Of a stretch of DNA of 64,000 bases, positions 32,890-46,414 are shown in pieces; the stretch's first letter is position 1, and each line of letters opens with the position of its first letter. Origin of the DNA: Blepharisma stoltei ATCC 30299 (Eukaryota > Protista > Ciliophora); contig CBFDEM010000016.1 in assembly GCA_965603825.1 (NCBI GenBank), positions 186,001-250,000 of the forward strand, given 5' to 3'. A program made the translations under genes and the position numbers. Under the pieces are notes generated by a model. It ran no database searches and was not told the origin of the DNA. It saw nothing but the letters and a program-made list of their open reading frames with translations.

Positions 32890-34251
32890 ATGATAAAAAC
32901 CCAATCACCAAGAAAGCATGAGATCAGAAACTTGCTAATTCAACGAACTCAACGAATTGGAAAAGCAAAGACGGGCGCAGATAAAACCAAAAAGACTGCA
33001 GCATCGGGAGCAAAGGATTCTAAAATTTCTCACAATAATCCAATTTCAATAAAATACACAAACCGTGCCCCCAAAACTCTTACCTCCAAAAACTCCCTTG
33101 CAAATACCACAGTTCTATCAGATCAAATGAACTTTGACAGCCTCGAAGAATTCACCAGCAAGGACAAAGATGGGCTTGAAAAGATGATGCCCCATTTACA
33201 GCTAAAATCTCCAGGATTTTTAAGGCAAAATCCACCTGACGAGCCAAATCAGAAGCAAGAAATAGTATCATCAATTTCCTCCAATAAACTTGCTCAAATC
33301 TGTTCCCCTCTCAAAGAAGCAGGCAGCAGTATTTTAAAAAATAAGACACAAGAAGAAAACGAAAAATCACCAACCCAAATATGTTTTGGGCCTAGACTAA
33401 GGTTTGAGCAAGTTTCACACTCAGACCAGAACACAGCAAGGCAGCAAGTTGAAGAAAAAGAAGGAACTGTTGATTCTTATATAATTGGGAATCAAATTGG
33501 GAAAGGAGCTTATGCTATCGTCAAAGAAGGAATCCACAAAGAAACAAATAAAAAAGTGGCAATTAAAATATACGATAAACTGAGTCTTCTTGAGCCAAAT
33601 AAAAAGAAAAATGTTCAAAGAGAAACAAGGATTTTGTCAAAACTTAATCACGAGTTTATAGTAAAACTTCATGAAACAGTAGAAACACCTTCAACGATCA
33701 ATTTGGTGCAAGAGTTCGTAGATGGGTGCTCACTTCATGATTATATTAGGAAAATGCCAGGCAGGAAGCTTCAAGAGGACGAAGCTAAAAGGATTTTTAA
33801 AGAAATCATGCAAGCAGTATGCTATTTTCATAGTCGAAATGTAAGTCATCGAGATATAAAGCTTGAAAATATTTTGCTCACTTCACAGCTAAAAGTAAAA
33901 ATAATTGACTTTGGCTTTGCTATTTTATTATCAGACACCAAAAAAATAAAAGCATTCTGCGGAACTCCAAGCTATATGGCTCCAGAAATAGTAATGAAAA
34001 AAGAGTATTTAGGACAGCCTGCCGATATATGGGCATGTGGGATTTTATTATATGTTCTGCTCTCAGGAGAATTTCCATTCAGAGCCGCACATCATGGTGA
34101 CTTATATATACAGATCCAAAGGGGATTTTATGTAATGCCTGAAACCATATCTGAAGGAGCGAAACAGCTTATTCAGAAAATGCTTAATTATGATCCAAAT
34201 TTAAGATCGACAGCAAAAAGTGTACTAGAAGAGCCTTGGTTCCAAAGCTAA
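32890..34251 (+). CDS. Ser/Thr kinase, CAMK group (MARK/AMPK-like), 453 aa
   Basis: GKGAYA, VAIK, HRDIKLEN, DFG, CGTPSYMAPE, DIWACG. Confidence 0.95.
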   Translation: MIKTQSPRKHEIRNLLIQRTQRIGKAKTGADKTKKTAASGAKDSKISHNNPISIKYTNRAPKTLTSKNSLANTTVLSDQMNFDSLEEFTSKDKDGLEKMMPHLQLKSPGFLRQNPPDEPNQKQEIVSSISSNKLAQICSPLKEAGSSILKNKTQEENEKSPTQICFGPRLRFEQVSHSDQNTARQQVEEKEGTVDSYIIGNQIGKGAYAIVKEGIHKETNKKVAIKIYDKLSLLEPNKKKNVQRETRILSKLNHEFIVKLHETVETPSTINLVQEFVDGCSLHDYIRKMPGRKLQEDEAKRIFKEIMQAVCYFHSRNVSHRDIKLENILLTSQLKVKIIDFGFAILLSDTKKIKAFCGTPSYMAPEIVMKKEYLGQPADIWACGILLYVLLSGEFPFRAAHHGDLYIQIQRGFYVMPETISEGAKQLIQKMLNYDPNLRSTAKSVLEEPWFQS

Positions 34252-34278
34252 TGTAATTAAGATAATTATAAGAATAAA

Positions 34279-34725
34279 TTAATTATTTCTTGTCATGTGT
34301 ATCCAAAGCCAGTGTAGAATTCTGTTTACTAGATCCGTGATAAATTTAGACTCGTCGTTATTTGGCTCATTTGTCTTTTTGACTCATTTTATTGTAAGCT
34401 GAAGGGTTAATCTATCAAGAATCAAATATACAAACAAATTCAGTGAAGGGAAAATCAAAAGTTCGATAGTGTCTTCTCTGATCAAGATTCTGCATTTGTC
34501 AGGATAAATTTCAGCAAGATAGTCAAAGCAGGAAGCCGTGAATACGTTCGTTAAAGAGACTAGACCTTCTATTCGTTCATCAATAGTTTCTAGATCTTCA
34601 ATATAAGATGATATTAAAAGTAGCCTGAAGTCCATGTCAGAAATCGTCTTTGAAGAGGTTCTGATAGTTTCCCATAATAAATCATTTCTTGGATGCTTTT
34701 TTACATTGTTATTCATCTCTTTCAT
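34279..34725 (-). CDS. Hypothetical protein (148 aa)
   Basis: ORF 34384-34725 extends through TGA=Trp at 34384 to TAA at 34279 (..LHWLWIHMTRNN). Confidence 0.65.
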
Positions 34726-34877
34726 AATTCTTTTTCATAAAAGTTTATTTATATCTATTTATTTTGGTTCTATATTTATGTAATTGATAGCCTGGAGAGA
34801 TGCTGGGTTTGAATTTATAGCGACTTATTAAATATAATTTGATATTAAGATTTCATTATTTAATTAATTGCATGCAG

Positions 34878-35729
34878 CTAATGCTGATACAATGAGTCTT
34901 CTTGATCTAAATCATCCCAAGCTGAAATTGCTTCATATGTAATTGAGTTGCTGCTCTTTTGAATTTTTGGCCTTTTAATTTTAATTTTTTTCTCATATGG
35001 CACATTTACCAATCTGCCAGTTAATTTTGACTCAGAAAAAGACTTTGCTCTTACTGCTAAGTACCTTGTAGCATTCCTTTCCCTTCCACCATTTAATATC
35101 TCCTTTGGATTAATTTTTACAGACTTGCAAGCAACACTTCCAACATCGTTCAATGTATGGGAAGGAACTATCCCTACCTCTTTAATTTTTAACTTACTCC
35201 TCCTTGGTAAATGCGAAATTATTCTAATATGCTTTGAATTATTCACTTGGGTCCCTCTAGGTGTCAATTGTTTTGAGATTTCATTTGTCTCAACCTTTTC
35301 AATTTTAGGAGATAGTTTGGTTTGAGGAATTGGACTAGCGTTTCCTTTGATAAATGTAAGAGTACTTGAAAGGCCAGCACACGGCTCAGGAAGTAAATAG
35401 TTTCTCTTAAAATTGTGAAATATCTTTTGATTGTTTTTGGAAGGTCCGAGCTTGGAAAGCAGTCTAATTTTGTTGAGTTTAAAGTGATATTCTTTACTTT
35501 CAGAAGGCTTTAAGGACGAATAATGGCTCACAAGAGGCAGTTTAAGCTGCTGATTATTTTTTGATGGTATGACTCCTTTTGTTGAAGTATGTGAAGTTAT
35601 TCCCATTGGAACATATTCGAGCTTAGTTGTATTTGATAGCCGGGATAAATTTATTTGCTCAGTTAGCTTAATAGTTTCTTTATTTTGAATGTTTGCACTT
35701 GTTTCAGTGTTAAAATTATGTATAAGCAT
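34878..35729 (-). CDS. Hypothetical basic low-complexity protein (283 aa)
   Basis: Long intact ORF ending TAG; no family recognised. Confidence 0.7.
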   Translation of the reverse strand: MLIHNFNTETSANIQNKETIKLTEQINLSRLSNTTKLEYVPMGITSHTSTKGVIPSKNNQQLKLPLVSHYSSLKPSESKEYHFKLNKIRLLSKLGPSKNNQKIFHNFKRNYLLPEPCAGLSSTLTFIKGNASPIPQTKLSPKIEKVETNEISKQLTPRGTQVNNSKHIRIISHLPRRSKLKIKEVGIVPSHTLNDVGSVACKSVKINPKEILNGGRERNATRYLAVRAKSFSESKLTGRLVNVPYEKKIKIKRPKIQKSSNSITYEAISAWDDLDQEDSLYQH

Positions 35730-35967
35730 CTTTATTTGTTCTTATAAAAAGATAAATATTTTTAATGAAAATAATATTTAATTAATTGCTAAGAGAATTG
35801 CAATGATTTCATATAAAATTATGTATTTTATAGCATATATGTAAGAAATAATAAAAAATCTAAAATTAACTAATTATTTAATGAACTTCAAACCCATTTA
35901 TGTTATTTTTACATTCATCTAACTTTGCAAAAATTCAACGCTCTTATATTATCTCTAAAATAGAAAA

Positions 35968-36852
35968 ATGGAATCAGTTAGAAGGAAAAATAGACTAGAC
36001 ATCTCAATTGGTGATCATTCTTTTAATAAGGAAAATATTTCAAAAACCTCATATGATTATAAAATAAGATCCGAAAAATCTTTAAACTCATCATATCTTC
36101 AAATCTCTCCAAGTAAAAGTCCTACAAGGAAGCCGACGTTAAACTTAAATAATTTATCATATTGTCCAACATCAAAAGGATTGATAAATTCTCCTATAAG
36201 CCCAATAAGAAAATCATTTTTTCTATCTCCTTGCTCGAATCATATACAATTACCATTAGAAATTTATCATCGAGAAAGAAGAGAAATTAAAAAGCCATAT
36301 AGCAATGAATTTTGCAATCGATCACCTAATAGAAATCGAACCCCTAGTCATTCTCCAGTAAGGCTTCAAAAGAAAGTAGGTGAAAAAAGTCCCTTACAAA
36401 TACCAAAGTTAGAAATAAATAAAACTCCAAAAAATGAGGAAGATAATTTTTCATCAAAGCTATGTGAAAGTGTGGATAACGGAGAATTAACTTTTAATCC
36501 GTCAGTTCTTTCATCCAGATGTAGTGCTAGTCCTAGATGTATAGAAAATAAAGAAAATGATTTGAATTCAATATCTTATAGATCTAAAAATTTTATAGGG
36601 GAAACTGATTTCTTTAAAAAATGTCATGCAAATAAATTCTCGGAAAAAGAATCAGAAGAAAATGAGATAGATTTTTCTGAGATGAAGACACAACGAAGAA
36701 ATGAACCTTCAATTGTATTAAGTAATGAAATGCAGTATAATGAGGATTTTAAGGAATCTAGCTCTTATAGCCCAAAATATAAAGTAATCAATTCAGATGA
36801 TTTCTTAAATGCTCTTAGGCAGTTAGCTTTACCTAAACCATCATTTCTGTAA
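35968..36852 (+). CDS. Hypothetical SP-rich disordered protein (294 aa)
   Basis: Intact ORF, AAAAATG start, many SP/TP sites. Confidence 0.75.
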   Translation: MESVRRKNRLDISIGDHSFNKENISKTSYDYKIRSEKSLNSSYLQISPSKSPTRKPTLNLNNLSYCPTSKGLINSPISPIRKSFFLSPCSNHIQLPLEIYHRERREIKKPYSNEFCNRSPNRNRTPSHSPVRLQKKVGEKSPLQIPKLEINKTPKNEEDNFSSKLCESVDNGELTFNPSVLSSRCSASPRCIENKENDLNSISYRSKNFIGETDFFKKCHANKFSEKESEENEIDFSEMKTQRRNEPSIVLSNEMQYNEDFKESSSYSPKYKVINSDDFLNALRQLALPKPSFL

Positions 36853-36913
36853 CTTAATAAAGGAACAGAGCTTTTATGTTCAATTTATTGTTTAATTAAT
36901 ACATCTAATTATT

Positions 36914-39900
36914 TTAAATTCCAGGAATACGCAGCAATCCAACTTTAAAAAATTGAGTTGGCTCAGCAGCACTAATTTTTTCTATTTCCCTGCTTCTTAA
37001 ATCTTCAATAATCATATTCATTCTGTTCGAAAACAATCGAACTTGACTCGAAAGAATCTCTTTATCATTACAATTTTCTTGACCAAAACTAATTCTCTTT
37101 TTATTATAAACAAATGGCATGTCCGAATAAGAAGAGTTAATAGAGGGATCATTTTTATAATTTTCTCTCATTTCTTCAAGCTTTCTTTCTGTCTCTTCTA
37201 TAATTTTTTCTTTTTCTTGTGCATGTTTTGATTTTAACCTATCCATTATTTTCTTATAATATTCTTGTGTTTCTTTTTTAACCTGAATTTCAATTTCATG
37301 AGCTTTATCTTCTATTGCAGCTTGTTTAAGCTCTTCAAAATATTTTTTATAATCGTCTTCTCTTTTCTTAAACTTCATTTTTAATTGATGAGAAAGTTGC
37401 TTTAAGGAGTCACTTTTTTCTTTTTCAAATTCTAAGCGGATTAGTGTTTCTTTATCTTGAAGTTCTTTTTGGTGCTTGGATGTAAGAATATTTATTTTTT
37501 GCTGGAGTTTTTTGTCTCATTCTTTTCTTTCTTGGTCAAGTTTTTCGCTTTCAAATCTTTCCAAATCTTTTTTGGCGAGCTCTAAAGCGTTATGAGATGC
37601 TTCTTTTGATTTTCTAACGTCGCTTTCCATATCTCTTTTTTGCTTTGCAAATTCTTCTTTCATTTTTTTGATTTTTAATTTAAACTCTTCTTTAATTTCT
37701 TCTCTAATTTTATTAGTTTCAAGAGAGTTCAGTTCGCTAAGGTCTTCTATTTTTATGTCTTTTGCTCTGATTTCTCTTTCATACTGAAGTTTTTGTTTTT
37801 GCAATTTTTCTTCTCATTCCCTTTCTTTATCTTTGAAATTTTGTAGAAGTTCTTCTTGTGCTCTTTGGACTTCGGCTTTGGTATTTTGCTCTTTTAAATT
37901 CATTAATTCGTTGTGCCTAACTCTTTCAATTTCAAGCTGCTTATCTAATTCTTGATGAATTTCGTGAATTTTATCTTCATATTCTTTAAATAGCAATTTT
38001 TCTCGATCTTTTAATTTTTGTGTAAAGGCTTTGCTGTTCTCTAAATTTTCTCTTTCAAAATTTCTTTGCATCTCTTCTATTTTAGATTGGTATTCTTTTT
38101 CTACTTCTTCAAGCTTATTTTCCAATATTTCGTCTTTGCTTAAAAAGTCTTTTTCTAAGTTTTTATAATTTTTCAATTGATCCAGTGCCTTTTTATAATC
38201 ACTTTTCAGCTGTGATATTTGCTTTTCGTAATCGTTTCTTTCTGTTTCAAATCCATTTATTAATTCTGATTTTTCTTTATTCAATTTTTCTTCAGCTTCT
38301 TCTTTTTTGTTTTTTAGTACCCTTTCCATTTCATTTAACTTCATATTCATTTCAGCTTCATATTGTGCCCTCAATATTTTTTCTTTATTTTTTAGCTCTC
38401 CTTCTAGCTCTCGAGTTTTATTTGCCATATTTTTTATTTTTTCTTCATACGATTCTTTCACATTCTGCAGCTCCTCTTTTGCTTCATCATACACATTTTG
38501 ATTGGCTTCTTTTTGCTCTCTAATTGTTTTTAGATTTAAATTGTAGTCACTCTCAATTGACATAAGTTTCTTTCGGAAATCTTCTTCCATATTATTTGCG
38601 TTTTTTTCATATTCACTTTCAAGGCTTTTTACTCTTTTTACATAGTCTTCGCTAAGCTCATCAACTCTTTTCTGGTAGCTATCTTCTAACATCTGTTTAG
38701 CTGAGGCAAATTTTTTTTCAAATTTTTCTTTGATTTCTTTTTCTAGCTGTGGCTGCAAATTTTGAGTGCATTCTTTTTTCCATTTATCTTCTAACAGCTG
38801 CTGCTTCTTGTTCATTTTATCGACATATTCTACCTCTAGTTGATGCTTTATTTCTTCTTTAAATGAGGCTATGTCAAAGCTTGTTTGTGTTGATCTTTGG
38901 TTTTTTCTTAAAAACTCAGTTCTTTCAGCCTCCCAGCTTTCTTTTAGTTTTTTAAGATTTTGAGCAGCTTTTTCTTCGCATTCTTTTCGAATTTCATATT
39001 CAAGCTTTTCAGGGTCAGGGTAAGCCCTTATTTCGTCCTCTAATTCCTGGATTTTTTTTCCATAATCTTCAATTTGATATAAAAGCTCTTCTTTTTCTTC
39101 TTCAAATTGAGCATTCATTGATTTTATTGTAGACTTAAGCTTAGCAATCTCCTTTTCAGTATCCCGAGCCTTTTCTTTATTGACTTTAAACTCTCTTGAC
39201 GTCCCAACTTTTGAGTCGTCCAGTTGCTTCTTATAAGTATCTACCAATTTTTCTGCTTGATCCCTTGCAAACCTTAGGCTTTCCATTTCTTCTTTATATT
39301 GTCTATTCAAATCTTTAGACTGCTGCAGCTCTACTTCAATTTTCCTAATTGCTTTATTATGATCTAACTGCATTTTTTCAGTATTCCTCAGATCTTCTTT
39401 TCTTTTAGCTTTATCATCTTTGATCTGTTGAATTAATTCTTCTCTTTCTCTTGTTATTGCAAATCTTTCCTCATTCAGCTGCCTCTCAGCATTTTTTAAA
39501 TCAGTGACTTTATCTGTCAGCTCAGCAATCTCAGTTTGCAGTTTTTCAATTTCTGCTTGCATAATTGCAACTGTTTCTTTGGCTTCAGATTCATCAATAG
39601 AAATTTCTTTTTTTTCGCCTTTCATAAGCCTTTCAATTTGTACCTCGAAACCTTTTACTCTTTCTTCAAGATTTGAAGTCTTTTTCTTATATTGCTGGGT
39701 TTCTTTTTGTGCAGCACTTAGTTTTTCTTCATAACTGGATTTGATTTTGGCAAGCTGAGAGTCGTAATCTGCAGCTCCTGTTCTTCCAGCTTGAACATCA
39801 TTCAGCTGACTTTGTAAAGTTTCAATCATAATTTTTGCGTTCTGTATGTCTTCAAATTCACTCATTTTAATCTGATTTGCTTCTTTAATTTCATCTTTGG

Positions 39901-41320
39901 CAGCGTTTAATTCGTTTTCAAGTTGTTCTATTTCTTCATTTTTCTCTTTTATAATATTTGCCAACTCGTCTACCTGAGAAGTTAAATTTTTAATCTTTGA
40001 TTGATATGATTCTGATTTAGCCATCAATTCATTTTTGTATTTATCATTCGATTTTGATGACTCTTCCTTTTTTTCTATCAAATCTTGGATTCTTTTGTTC
40101 TGAGTTGAGTTCAAGATTTTCATTTTTGCGAGCTCTGATGTCAGCTCTTCTATTTCTTTTTCTCTCGCAGTATTGCTTTCTATCATATTTTTCTGTGAGA
40201 GTGCGTGTGCTAAGTCTTGTATTTTTTTATCCCTTTCAGATAAATATGTTTTAAGCTGTTTTATTTCAATTCTTGCATACTCAAGAGCTTTGCCTCTCAA
40301 TTGGTCAAGACTCGAGTTGTCTTTAGTTTTTGCCTGGATCATTTTTAGATGCTCTTCAAGCTCTGCCTTTCTTTGTTCACTGTCACTTTTTTCAGCTTCT
40401 AGCTGTTGTAAATAGTTACTGCAGTCATACAGCTCTTTTTTTGTGTTTTCATGAAGATCTTGTTCTGTTCTCAGCGCAATTTTTATATTAACCAGCTCAT
40501 TTTTCAGTTTTTGCATTTCATCACATATAACTGCATTGTCTCTAGCTTGGGCTAAAGAATACTCTGAGGCAAAATGGTGGTTCCCTGCATTTGCCAGAAG
40601 TGCGCTGCCTTGCGCGACAAGTTCTGTAGACAAGCTTGATCTTTGATAAGTCCTAAAGCTATGATTAGTTGAAGATCTCTTCGAAATTATGGTACCTGGA
40701 TTAAAATACCAATTTTGGTCTTGATTTCCAGGAGAAAACGTTATAACTTCTCTGCTCGGCATTTCTTCATGAGTCGGCAAGTCTAAAACAGGCAATCCAT
40801 GGGATGAGTCTGATCTTTTTTGTTCTTTTTCAAAAGAAGTCCGAGATCTCATATGCTGCACCATTGAAGAATCAGCGGCAGACTCATCCCACATATCTTG
40901 GTCCTGGTCGATGCTCATACTTGGTGCTGAAACCTGTGGAAATATCCCTTCAGTCGGAGTAATATGGCTTTTGCTCCAATCCATCATTCTAGACACTTGT
41001 TGTGAAGTAAATGCTTGAGAATGGTGCTGTGAATAATTGCTGTTATCTCTCGATTCCTCTTCAAACGGCAATTTAACATTATCAATTGGCGAAGTGTGAA
41101 GCGCTATTGAAGAATTTATCGAATTATCAAAATACTCTTCTAATTGCCTAGGAGGGGAATTCGGAGTTCTAGCATATACCTGAGACTCAGGCTCATAATT
41201 TGAACGGCCTGATACCATTGAAGAAAGATCACTCATACTTTCTTCAGGAACCTCAATCTGGTCAAGAAGGTCATGAATTTCTCTATTTCTTTGAATATCT
41301 CCTGTACGTTGACGTTCCAT
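36914..41320 (-). CDS. Very long coiled-coil protein (1468 aa)
   Basis: ATG 41320 (MERQRTG). TGA=Trp at 37814 and 37517 join three ORFs to TAA at 36914. S/P-rich head followed by about 1100 aa of heptads. Confidence 0.85.
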
Positions 41321-41377
41321 TTTATACAAGCCCGCAATGAAATTAGTGCGAATTATTTTAAATTGCAAAAAGGATTA

Positions 41378-41896
41378 TTAGTCTAGGTTTAGCTTCCTTC
41401 GGGTTTGCATTAAGACGTTTGAAATTCTTGTAGTCGCACTTGGGTTTCCTGTGACGTTCTGGTCATTGGAATAAGGAGGACTAATTTCGACGTCTAGGTC
41501 GACCAAATATATATTGAGCCCATTCCAGTCACATTTATATGTTCTGGAAATTTCATTGAAAATAAGCTGGCCTTCAGGACTTGCCAAACTATTTATTTGT
41601 TCTAAGCTTTGGGACTCTTTTTGCATTTGCTTATCAAGCTCTTCAAGGTATTTAGTGACATCGATATAAGGTATCTCTGTGTCGATTTTATGACGTTCCT
41701 GGTCAAGTATAACGATATCTTTGATATAGTCTGCATTCAAAAAAACATAATCTCTTGAATTCTCATTTCCTCGATAAAGTATGACTACATTTGCATCTTC
41801 GTCAATTGTGTAGATTCTCCCTTTATGCTCTTCATCAAGAGTTGTGACGACTTTGATCTCCATCCCAACCATCTCTGTATAACTCAAAGATGACAT
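41378..41896 (-). CDS. LSM12: LSM12-like protein (LSm + AD domain), 172 aa
   Basis: N-terminal Sm fold; C-terminal SPEGQLIF..I.RT..C.W..I..V.ISPPY. Confidence 0.8.
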   Translation of the reverse strand: MSSLSYTEMVGMEIKVVTTLDEEHKGRIYTIDEDANVVILYRGNENSRDYVFLNADYIKDIVILDQERHKIDTEIPYIDVTKYLEELDKQMQKESQSLEQINSLASPEGQLIFNEISRTYKCDWNGLNIYLVDLDVEISPPYSNDQNVTGNPSATTRISNVLMQTRRKLNLD

Positions 41897-42161
41897 TTTG
41901 GATTTATCATATTCAGATTTTTTAATTATGCATTATCAAAACAATTTTACTATTGATTGTGTTATTAATAAGTTAATTGTTAAAAGTATTAGTGCGCTAT
42001 GCTAATTTTTTAATTCATTATTAATAAAGCCTTTAATCTTAAATTAATTAAATCAGATCCAAATTACTATTATATTCGGAATAAAAATAGAATCCTATAT
42101 TTAAGTAATATTGGTGACTAATTCATATAGATATCTTTGAAATCATGAGCTAGAGAATAAA

Positions 42162-45100
42162 ATGGCACATTCCTTCAGATTTTCAATAGATCGAGGTGGG
42201 ACTTTTACAGACATTTATTGTGACTATCTCTCTGCTGATGGAAGTAGAATGTGCAAAATCATGAAGCTTTTAAGCGTTGACCCAGCAAACTACCCTGATG
42301 CGCCAACTGAAGGGATTCGTAGAATCCTCCAAGAAATCACTCAAATTGAATATCCAAAAAATATCCCAGTCAACACTCATCTAATCAGTTCAATAAGAAT
42401 GGGAACAACTGTGGCTACAAATGCTCTTCTTGAACGTAAAGGGAAACAATTTGCCTTATTAATCACTAAAGGCTTTAAAGACTTAATGATCATTGGAAAT
42501 CAGACTCGCCCTCACATTTTTGCACTAAATATCCAAAGAGGACAAAAGCTCTTTTCTGAAGTAATTGAAGTCAATGAAAGAGTTCAAATTGTCTCAAACC
42601 CACAAAATGCAGAAATTGGGACTACAGGAGAATATTTTAATGTCATAACTCCATTAGACACCCAACAGCTCACTCAAGACTTAGAGAACTTAAAACAGAA
42701 AGGAATTGAATCTATTGCTATTTGCTTTGCTCATTCTTATGCTTATAGGAAACACGAAATCCAAGCAGCTGAAATCTGTAGAGCACTAGGCTTTAGTCAT
42801 ATTTCAGTATCCTCAGAAATAATGCCAATGGTTAAGATGTATCCGAGAGCGTCTACAGTATGCATTGATGCTTATTTAACCCCTATTATAAAAGAATATA
42901 TTCAGAATTTCTGCAATGGCTTCGACGCACATTTGTCAGAAATTCCAGTTTTATTCATGCAGTCAGATGGAGGGTTGTCATCAATCGAAAATTTTTTGGG
43001 GAGTAAAGCAATTCTTTCAGGGCCAGCTGGAGGTGTTATTGGATTTTCACAGACTGCTGCTTCTCCACTTATAGGATTTGATATGGGAGGAACATCTACA
43101 GATGTGTCAAGGTATGCAGGCCATCTTGAGCATCTTTTTGAAACTGAAATCTCAGGAGTCCATCTTCAAGGTGCTCATCTGGATATTACAACAGTGGCAG
43201 CAGGAGGTGGATCAAAACTATTTTTTAGAAGTGGGCTCTATGTTGTAGGTCCAGACTCCGCTGGAGCACATCCTGGCCCTTTATGCTACAGAAAAAATGG
43301 CTATGCAACTATTACTGATGCTAATTTGGTTTTAGGAAGATTGATTCCAAAGTTTTTCCCCGAAATATTTGGCCCGGACCAAAATTTGCCAATTGATTAC
43401 AATGCTGCGAGAGAAGGGCTTCAACAGTTGACTAATGAAATAAATGCTTTTCAAAATTCTAATTTGACATGTGAAGAAGTTGCACTTGGATTTGTAAAGG
43501 TTGCTAATGAAAGTATGTGCAGACCTATTAGAGCACTTACCCAATCAAGAGGGTATGACCCAAAAAAGCACACCTTGGCTTGTTTTGGATCTGCAGGTGG
43601 GCAGCATGCTTGTGCTATTGCGAGATCTCTTGGGATTACAAAAATAGCTGTTCATAAGTATTCAGGGATTTTAAGTGCGTATGGCTTAAGCATGGCAGAT
43701 GTTGTTTTAGAAGATCAGCAGCCTTGTGCATTATATCTAAATGAAGAAAATATAATGCTTTCTATTCAGAAACTGAATGAAATGAGTTTGAAAATAGTTG
43801 ATAAATTCCAACAGCAAGGGTTCGTCAAACCAAACATAAAAATAGAAAATTTCATGCACTTGAGATTTGTGGGGACTGACACAGCGATTTCAATTCTTTA
43901 CACTGAAGGTCTTGATCTCAAACAAGCTTTTTATGAAATATACCTAAGAGAATATGGATTTGTTCTAGGAAAGAGAGACATAGTTATTGATATATTAAGA
44001 GTTAGGGGCTCTGCAACCTTAGATTCTATTCATGAAATAGAAATACCAGATAGAGCTGAAGCTGAGCCAATAGCAGTTACAAATGTATGATTTGAAACAG
44101 AAACTGGTTTTGAAAATCTCCCAACAAAAGTCTACAGACTTGAGTCTCTTGCGCACAATCAAACGATCAATGGCCCAGCAATAATTTTAAACGAGACATC
44201 AACAATAATAATTGAATATAAATGCACAGCAACAATTTCCCCTCATGGAAACGTCGAAATCCACGTTTCAAGTCTCAATCCCTCCTTCTCTGAAATTGAA
44301 TGTGATCCCATCCTTTTATCAATTTTTGGTCACAGATTCATGAGCATTGCAGAACAGATGGGAAGAGTCCTACAACGAACTGCAGTTTCTACAAACATAA
44401 AAGAAAGACTCGACTATTCATGTGCCATTTTTGACCCTAAAGGTAGCTTAGTAGCAAATGCTCCGCATTTGCCAGTTCATCTAGGATCAATGCAAGAAGC
44501 AGTAAAATCACAAATAAAACTTCTAGGCGATGATTGGAAAGAAGGCCAAGTAATTATGTCAAACCATCCATCAGCAGGAGGTACCCATCTTCCAGATATT
44601 ACGGTTATAACTCCAGTTTACTTCAAAGGAGAAGTTGTATTTTATCTTGCTAGCAGAGGACATCATGCAGACATAGGTGGATCCACACCAGGGTCCATGC
44701 CTCCTTTTTCACGATATCTGACTGAAGAAGGGGTAAGCATTAAATCATGCAAAATTGTGGTTGATGATGAGTTCCAGGAAGCAACTGTTAGAGATTTATT
44801 CAGAGAAAGCAGAGGCCTTGAAGACAATGTGAGTGATCTTAAAGCACAAATTGCAGCAAATAATAAAGGGATATCATTATTGAATGATCTCATAGAGGAG
44901 TATAGTCTCCCAGTTGTTCAAGCTTATATGCTTTATATTCAGCAAGCAGCAAGCCAAAGTGTAAAAGATTTGCTGTCAAAGGTCTCAGAAACTTCAGTTG
45001 TATTAAGATCTGTAGATTATATGGACGATGGGTCTCCTATATCTTTAGTGATAACTATTGATAAAGCTACAATGACAGCCCATTTTGACTTTACAGGGAC

Positions 45101-45824
45101 AGGACATCAAGTATTGAGCAATTTAAATGCCCCATACTGTGTATGCAGATCTGCAGTCATATACTGTTTGAGATGCCTCGTAGATACTGATATTCCTCTA
45201 AATCAAGGATGTCTAGACCCTATCACAATTACAATTCCCCCAAACTCTATTCTTTATCCTTCAGAAGATGCTGCAGTTGTCGGAGGAAATGTTCTTACAT
45301 CTCAAAGAATCACAGATGTGATCTTAAAAGCCTTCGAGGCTTGTGCAGCTTCTCAAGGATGTATGAACAATTTTACCTTTGGAAATTCAAAATTCGGGTA
45401 CTATGAAACTATATGTGGAGGTAGCGGAGCAGGATTTGGGTGGGATGGAGCAAGTGGAGTCCAAACTCATATGACAAATACCAGAATTACTGATGTAGAA
45501 ATAATGGAAAGGAGATACCCAGTTTTAATTAAGCAATTTAGCATCAGAAATGGAAGTGGAGGTGCAGGGAAATGGAGAGGCGGAGATGGAGTGGTGAGGG
45601 AGTTTCAATTTTTAGAAGAGCTACAAGTTAGCATTTTAAGTGAAAGAAGAGCGATGAGACCTTTTGGACTTAAAGGCGGTAAAGATGCCCAGCCCGGACT
45701 GAATTTATTAATTAGAAATGATGGAGTTACCATAAACTTAGGAAGTAAAAACACTTGCAAAGTGAATCCAGGCGATATCGTAAGAATATGCACTCCAGGA
45801 GGTGGAGGGTTCGGGGAGGAATAA
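42162..45824 (+). CDS. OPLAH: 5-oxoprolinase (ATP-hydrolysing), 1220 aa
   Basis: IDRGGTFTD, MGTTVATNALLE, SGPAGG, FDMGGTSTD, ERLDYSCA, HLGSM, SQGCMNN, YYETICGG, TPGGGGFG. TGA=Trp at 44088 joins the two halves. Confidence 0.97.
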
Positions 45825-45835
45825 TTTACATTTAA

Positions 45836-46414
45836 TTAGATGTTTATCATAGATCCTCTTATAGGGTTCAGACTTGATCCTCCTACTTCTGTTGATACTT
45901 TTTCAATTGTTATACCAGCATCATAAGGGTTTCTTTCATAGCTTTCTAAATTCCTATTGTAAATAATAGCACTAACCGAGCATCACCAACATATTGGAAT
46001 TGAAGCAACAATTATTAAACCTAAAGCAACTCCTATAATTCCATCTTCAGCAGCATTGTTTGAAGACATTAAATATGATATGAATTCAAGAAGGCCTGTA
46101 GCAATAGTGCTGGCAATGAAATAAAATGCGTAAATAATGATACAGAATTTGTAGCGCTTTACAATATGTAGCTTTTGAGACTGCACTGCGTGCAGTCCTA
46201 AAATTCCGATAGCAATTCCGACTAGGCTTGTAAATAATTCGATTATTCATGAATACAGGTTATGATAAGAGTATGTGATTAAGTTGGCTATTGTAATTAT
46301 CAGGGTAATAATGGAAAATATTATAAGTAGCAAAGCTTGTCTTCTACATCTTAATGATATGTCTAGAACTTCATGTGGCAATCCTTGTTTAATAAAATGA
46401 GCTTTTTCGTCCAT
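45836..46414 (-). CDS. Four-transmembrane membrane protein (192 aa)
   Basis: ATG 46414, TGA=Trp at 46247 and 45983, TAA at 45836; four hydrophobic stretches. Confidence 0.75.

Noticed and set aside
45883-45898. Possible 16-nt intron GTATCAACAGAAGTAG in the 4-TM gene
   Set aside because: The frame is open without splicing and the sequence is purine-rich and coding-like; no support without RNA-seq.
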